Of a stretch of 64,000 bases of DNA, positions 59,640 through 64,000 are shown one piece after another. Each line of letters opens with the position of its first letter. The first letter of the stretch is position 1. The stretch spans positions 4,804,556 to 4,868,555 of the forward strand of contig OY761158.1 of NCBI GenBank assembly GCA_963664405.1, given 5' to 3'. Under the pieces are notes generated by a model, which did not search any database, had not been told where the DNA came from, and worked only from the letters and a program-made list of their open reading frames with translations. Source of the stretch: Thermoanaerobaculia bacterium. GTDB taxonomy: Bacteria > Acidobacteriota > Thermoanaerobaculia > Multivoradales > Multivoraceae. The position numbers and the translations under genes are program-made.

Positions 59640-60160
59640 CTAGCCGCCCAACGACGGCCTGACGGCTTGCAGCTCATGGCCGAAAGCGCCCTCGCGCACG
59701 AGCTCGACCGGGGCAGTTCGGGTGACCGGTATCAAGTTGTGATGCACGTTGACGAGAAGGTCCTGGCCGACTCCGAGGCTGGTGGCGTTTCGGTCCTCGA
59801 GGATGGGCAGCACGTTCCCGCGGGAACGTCTCAGCGACTCGCCTGCGATGCCGGAAAGGTGGTCGTGCGCCATGCCCGCGATGGCACGGTTCTCGACGTC
59901 GGGCGCAGAACCCGTACGACTTCACACTGGGCCCAGGCGGAGAAACCAGCCTCGACAACCTCGCTCTGCTGTGTCGATGCCACCATCGATGGCGCAGGCG
60001 CCTCGGCCGCCGAAGTGGGCGGGGGAGCCGCTCGAGCTCCTCTTGCACCAGCTCGAGGAACAGGGGATCAAGATCGACGATGACGGCGGCCTGCCCGATT
60101 GGGATGGAGAGTCTCTCGATCTCGCGTGGGCGGTCGATGCCCTGCGATTGATCAATTGAA
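59640..60160 (+). pseudogene. Truncated second copy of the DUF222-HNH gene (internal deletion removing the HNH motif, 3' end retained)
   Basis: ...LMAESALAHELDRGSSGDRYQVVMHVDEKVLADSEAGGVSVLEDGQHVPAGTSQRLACDAGKVVVRHARDGTVLDVGRRTRT... then frame loss. Ends ...GLPDWDGESLDLAWAVDALRLIN*, matching the end of the 45199-46506 gene. Confidence 0.6.
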
Positions 60161-60356
60161 GCCAGATGGTCCTTCGGCCGCCACGGGTGCCACCCGTTTA
60201 TTGGCCTGGTCTTCTCGGAGTCGCTACCTGCCTCTACCTTACAAACATTCAGGTGGCACCTGGCTCGCGAACAGAGGTAGCCCAGTCAGAGCGAAGACAA
60301 GCTCTGGGGCGGTGAGACGGTCCAAGTCGACGCGTCTGTGCCAAGTTGGAACCCCG

Positions 60357-60599
60357 TCAGTGGCAATGGCTGTGCGCCTGCGACCAGATCTGACCGGGCG
60401 GGCAGATCGAGGCTTCCGCGTCTTCGCTCAGGCGGAACGACGAAGCGAGCGCCAGCGCCAGCACCACCACCACTGCCGCCACAATGAGCCATTGAACGTT
60501 GGACAGCCCTCCACTCTTCCGCACGCAACATGCTTTGAACTTCTTGCCACTACCGCAGGGGCAGGGCTCGTTGCGCCCGACTTTGTTTGTTGTGGCCAT
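60357..60599 (-). CDS. Small SEC-C-motif protein with C-terminal hydrophobic helix
   Basis: [17 protein letters not shown]. Confidence 0.5.
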   Translation of the reverse strand: MATTNKVGRNEPCPCGSGKKFKACCVRKSGGLSNVQWLIVAAVVVVLALALASSFRLSEDAEASICPPGQIWSQAHSHCH

Positions 60600-61046
60600 C
60601 GGCTCGAGGTCTCTGGATCTATCGCGAGAGCGCCGAGATCATATCGCCCGAGCAGCAGCGGTGGCTGATCGCAAGACCCATCCTTAACGCTATCCCACGT
60701 TTCGCTCCGCGGGAAGGAGTGTCGGTAGCCGAGCGCAACCGGGAGACCTTGGCCTCGCCGGGCAACGCGCCATCCCGGCCGCTGCCGCTCGCGAAACGCG
60801 AGCCGGGGGCGAGCACCGTGAGGGGCGCACCGGCCTCTGTGAATCACTTCGCAACCGAGCGCTTCGCCCTCCTCAAAGAAAACCTTTGGCGTCCTTCGCT
60901 GCACCTCAGGAGGGTTGGCCAACCCTACACGCGGTGATGCTATTGTCTACTGAGATTACGTAGAAGCGATTCGCGCAGCTTGATTCGGGCGGGCCTCCGG
61001 CACTGCTGCCGGTAGTAGGGGCTAACCACAATGGAGGGCGATCGTC

Positions 61047-61367
61047 ATGCCGAAGTTCCTGATAGAAGCTTCCTACTCAGCCGAGGGTGCGAAGGGACTG
61101 CTGGAAGAAGGAGGGAGTGGTCGTAGGGCGGCCATCGAACAGGCAATGGAGGGCCTCGGAGGGCGCGTCGAGGCGCTTTACTTCGCCTTGGAGGGCTCCC
61201 GTGCCTACATGATCATGGAGGCACCGGATGCCGCCTCCGTTGCAGCGCTCAGTCTCGCAGCTAGTGCTGCCGGCGTGGCGACAGTCTCGACCGTTCCCCT
61301 CCTGACACCAGAGGAGATGGACGAAGCGTGCCAGAAGGCAGTCAACTATCGTCCTCCAGGCGGCTAG
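61047..61367 (+). CDS. GYD-domain protein
   Basis: MPKFLIEASYSAEGAKGLLEEGGSGRRAAIEQAMEGLGGRVEALYFALEGSRAYMIMEAPD. Confidence 0.6.
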   Translation: MPKFLIEASYSAEGAKGLLEEGGSGRRAAIEQAMEGLGGRVEALYFALEGSRAYMIMEAPDAASVAALSLAASAAGVATVSTVPLLTPEEMDEACQKAVNYRPPGG

Positions 61368-61412
61368 CCGCGCACCGTTCGCCTCGACGGCGGAGAGACC
61401 GCGTCCTCGACG

Positions 61413-62567
61413 TTAGGCCGTGACGAAACCAAAGTTCTCGCGCTCGAGCGGTCGGCTGACCGGTTGCCGCATCAGCTCGAGGGCGCCGACCTCGCTGAGA
61501 AAGTCATCCAACCTGCGACGCGATCCGGGGTCGAGATCGTCGTAGAAGGTCTTGGTCTTCTGGTGCTCCCAAACCATGTTCGCGCGGATCGGCACTTTTA
61601 GCCGGACCCCGTAGACGGAAACCTCATGGCTGGCCAGAGAGCCATTGCCGCGCATCGCCGGCACTCGCTCGCCTGGGCCGATCTCCGGATGTGCCTCCAG
61701 CCAGTCCGCCAGCGATGTGATCGTCTGACCAAGCTCGACGGCAAAATCTTCGACGGCGTGCAGGAGGATCGCCTCGAGCGTCGCCGGTAGGGCATCGTCG
61801 CGGAACAGCGTTGTCGGGCAATCATGGAACTCGGGCGACGGGCCCGGTGACATCATCCGCTCGGTCCAGCGGAACAGGTTCGGCGCGATGCGTTTCATCA
61901 GGCTTGAGGGATAGGGATCGCGGGCCATGTGCCCATAAAACGGCCCCATGAAGGCGTAATCGGCCAGCGTCGGATGCCCGCCAAGCAGAAAGGGATGCTC
62001 TTCGAAATGTCGGTTGAGCAGGGTCATCAAGGTCTCGCAGGCTGCGTCGATCGCATCCATCGTCTCCGGCACCAAACCCATTATCGGCAGGTTGCCCTGA
62101 ATGCGTTGTGCGATTTTCTTGCCGAAAGCGATCTGTTCTTCCTCGGGCCCCCTGGGACGGATGGTTCGGCCGAACTCGTGATGGATGAAGGCCAAGTTCT
62201 CTTCCAGAAACGACCAGCGGAAATGTAGGCCGGGGCGGATCAAACTGTGGGAGGCGTAGACCGCCAGGAAGCGGGCGGCCCAACCGAGAACAGCGGTGTC
62301 CGGATAGGCCGGCGGCGTGGCAAAGCGCGGCTCCAGGTAATCGATAATCTCGACAGTGTCCTGAATGATGGCGCCGTCCGGTGTCTCCAGGATGGGAATG
62401 ACGTCATACCCCACAGTCACCCGTGCGCGCTCGCGATATCCGCGGTCGGCGTTCGGACGCTCCACATAGGGCACCCGCTTGGCCAGCAGATAGGCCCGGG
62501 CTTTGGCCGAGTAGTAGGAACATTCGGCTGCGTAGAGAATGTAGGGTGCGGTCATGGCGGGAGCCAT
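61413..62567 (-). CDS. Glutathione S-transferase-family protein (thioredoxin-like N-domain plus GST C-domain). Start MAPAMTAPY, TGATG overlap with the DUF1330 gene.
   Basis: YILYAAECSYYSAKARAYLLAKRVPY N-terminal GST/Grx-like fold. The long N-terminal extension in the ORF track overlaps the upstream gene. Confidence 0.5.
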   Translation of the reverse strand: MAPAMTAPYILYAAECSYYSAKARAYLLAKRVPYVERPNADRGYRERARVTVGYDVIPILETPDGAIIQDTVEIIDYLEPRFATPPAYPDTAVLGWAARFLAVYASHSLIRPGLHFRWSFLEENLAFIHHEFGRTIRPRGPEEEQIAFGKKIAQRIQGNLPIMGLVPETMDAIDAACETLMTLLNRHFEEHPFLLGGHPTLADYAFMGPFYGHMARDPYPSSLMKRIAPNLFRWTERMMSPGPSPEFHDCPTTLFRDDALPATLEAILLHAVEDFAVELGQTITSLADWLEAHPEIGPGERVPAMRGNGSLASHEVSVYGVRLKVPIRANMVWEHQKTKTFYDDLDPGSRRRLDDFLSEVGALELMRQPVSRPLERENFGFVTA

Positions 62568-63076
62568 CAGGCCGTCAGCTCTGTAGGCGTCAGCGCGTAG
62601 AGGACGGCGTGCTCCAGCACATCGGTTCGGAGGTGCGAGATCTCTGCGTATTCGGGTGAGCCGGCCATCGCGAGGAACTTGTCGACACTCGGGTACTCCA
62701 CCAGGGCCACGATGTCCCACTCCTGCTCGCCGAGGAGCAATTCGCGGCACTGGCCGACGAAGATCAGTCGGGTTCCGGGGGCGTGCTGTTGCGACGGCCC
62801 GTCGAAAGCCTCGGCGTAGGGGGCGATCGACGCCCCTTCTTTGAGCTTCATCAGGTTGAGCATCACCACCGGCTTCTCGCCCAGCGCTTGGCGGAGCCGC
62901 TGCAGGCGCATCCCACGCTCCTGCTCGCTGACCCCGCCACCGGGTCGGGCCTCTTGCGCTCCAACCTCTTCGATGGCGACGAGCTGGCTGCTGAGTCCGA
63001 GGGCGAGTCCGGTGCCGAGACCACGGCTGACCAGGTCGCGGCGAGTCGATTGGGTCGAGGGGGTCGCTTCTTTCAT
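62567..63076 (-). CDS. DUF1330-domain protein with Tat-type signal peptide
   Basis: STRRDLVSRGLGTGLALGL twin-arginine motif. Confidence 0.5.
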   Translation of the reverse strand: MKEATPSTQSTRRDLVSRGLGTGLALGLSSQLVAIEEVGAQEARPGGGVSEQERGMRLQRLRQALGEKPVVMLNLMKLKEGASIAPYAEAFDGPSQQHAPGTRLIFVGQCRELLLGEQEWDIVALVEYPSVDKFLAMAGSPEYAEISHLRTDVLEHAVLYALTPTELTA

Positions 63077-63171
63077 TGGCTCAGAACCTCACTTTCTTCG
63101 CTGCAGGATCACTAGCCATGGCGCAGATAGAGAAACGCTCCCAGCTACCGAGCATCCAGGACGATGTTCAG

Positions 63172-63363
63172 CTAGCTCCTATCGGGCGTCTTGGCGGGCT
63201 CTCGCTCCTTCGCCAGGCCTCGAAGCGCTTCGTTGACCGCCTCGGACGTGGGAAATACCTTGGCCACGTCGGGCGCTAACACGACGATTTTCTCGCCGCC
63301 GCTCGTCAACCGATCGGTGTATTTTCCCCGAATGCCCTTCGAAAAATCGTACTCGTCACGCAT
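63172..63363 (-). CDS. brnA: BrnA antitoxin
   Basis: MRDEYDFSKGIRGKY N-terminus is typical of BrnA. Confidence 0.6.
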   Translation of the reverse strand: MRDEYDFSKGIRGKYTDRLTSGGEKIVVLAPDVAKVFPTSEAVNEALRGLAKEREPAKTPDRS

Positions 63364-63365
63364 AG

Positions 63366-63656
63366 TCAGAACTCTTCATACTGGCGGCGCTCTCGCCTCG
63401 TGGCCGTGCGCGCGCTTATCAGCCGTATTCTATCGCCTCGATCGGTATGGGCGACGACGAGCAACCGGTTGCGGTTCGAGAACCCCAGAAGTATCCGCCG
63501 TTCCTCTTGGTCGGAGTGCTCGGGATCAGGGATGGTCAAGGAGAGGCGGTCGCGGAAGCTGGACGTCGCCTCCTGGAACGCCACGCCGTGTTTCTGGAGG
63601 TTCTCGACCGCTTTCATCGTGTCCCACTCGAAAGCAACTCTCGGACTCTTTCCCAC
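63366..63656 (-). CDS. brnT: BrnT toxin
   Basis: FEWDTMKAVENLQKHGVAFQEA...LLVVAHTDRGDRIRLISARTATRRERRQYE matches the BrnT family. Confidence 0.65.
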   Translation of the reverse strand: MGKSPRVAFEWDTMKAVENLQKHGVAFQEATSSFRDRLSLTIPDPEHSDQEERRILLGFSNRNRLLVVAHTDRGDRIRLISARTATRRERRQYEEF

Positions 63657-64000
63657 TGTCGCGTGACGCCTCCACCAATGGAGACGTGATCGCGAGTGGC
63701 AACCTTGCTGCGACCCCGATTTCGGGAGCTCCGGAGCTCGAGGGGGCTACGTAGTTCTTCTGTCTTCAGAAGAAGAGCTTCTCAGCATCGCCGGCATCCA
63801 TCTGCGGGAGATCATGGGCTACTGTTTCATCGCCCTATTCTGGAGCGGTATCGTGTTCTCGATATAACCGAAGAGCAGGGTCAGAACGATCTGGTTGGTG
63901 AAGGTGAGGAGATCCCAGAAGGAGTCTCCCCACGACTCGAGAGCCGACTGGGCCGGGTAGCCGGCTACACCGATGGCGAGAGCGAAGGTGAGAAGCGAGA

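Overview
High-GC (~65%) accessory region, best read as a decayed defense/toxin-antitoxin/IS island, possibly actinobacterial. It mixes intact and broken genes from several functional classes.

Toxin-antitoxin modules are dense: higA x2, phd-relE, phd-vapC, brnTA, darTG and a DUF891-XRE pair. In the higBA, DUF891-XRE and darTG modules the toxin gene is truncated or frameshifted while the antitoxin is intact.

Mobile elements are abundant: an intact IS256-family element, a complete IS21 istAB element, and fragments of IS21, IS6, IS481-like and mutator-type elements. Six copies of an IS6-type terminal inverted repeat are scattered through the window. A REP13E12-like DUF222-HNH gene has its last ~170 bp dispersed in four copies.

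Three helicase/ATPase/nuclease cassettes stand out:
- A tightly coupled SNF2 helicase / SbcD-like phosphoesterase / SbcC-like coiled-coil ATPase operon (7143-14547). It matches no defense or repair system I can name.
- A convergent pair (25416-30940) of a long wHTH/TerB-like/3xSAP/DUF2791 ATPase and an Lhr-like helicase, resembling BrxD-BrxHI or Shango.
- A giant DUF4011...DUF559...DUF3320 helicase split by the IS256 element and additionally frameshifted.

An ADP-ribose-themed cluster lies at 34872-37606: a degraded darT, intact darG, a PARG-like DUF2263 gene and an ARH fragment, with a duplicated 115-bp PARG 3' end. A minus-strand cluster at 41137-44922 encodes an HD-domain small alarmone hydrolase-like protein, a Zn-ribbon protein, a Panacea-like/DUF488 fusion, an unknown protein and a dual-specificity phosphatase.

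Ordinary genes are interspersed: DUF3604, LuxR-PAS, CutA, a beta-lactamase-family hydrolase, tannase, GNAT, Fic, NnrU, GGT, amidase, a GYD protein, GST and DUF1330.

Many long ORFs in the six-frame track are antisense or alternate-frame artefacts of the high GC content and were not called. No rRNA, tRNA or CRISPR array was found by eye.
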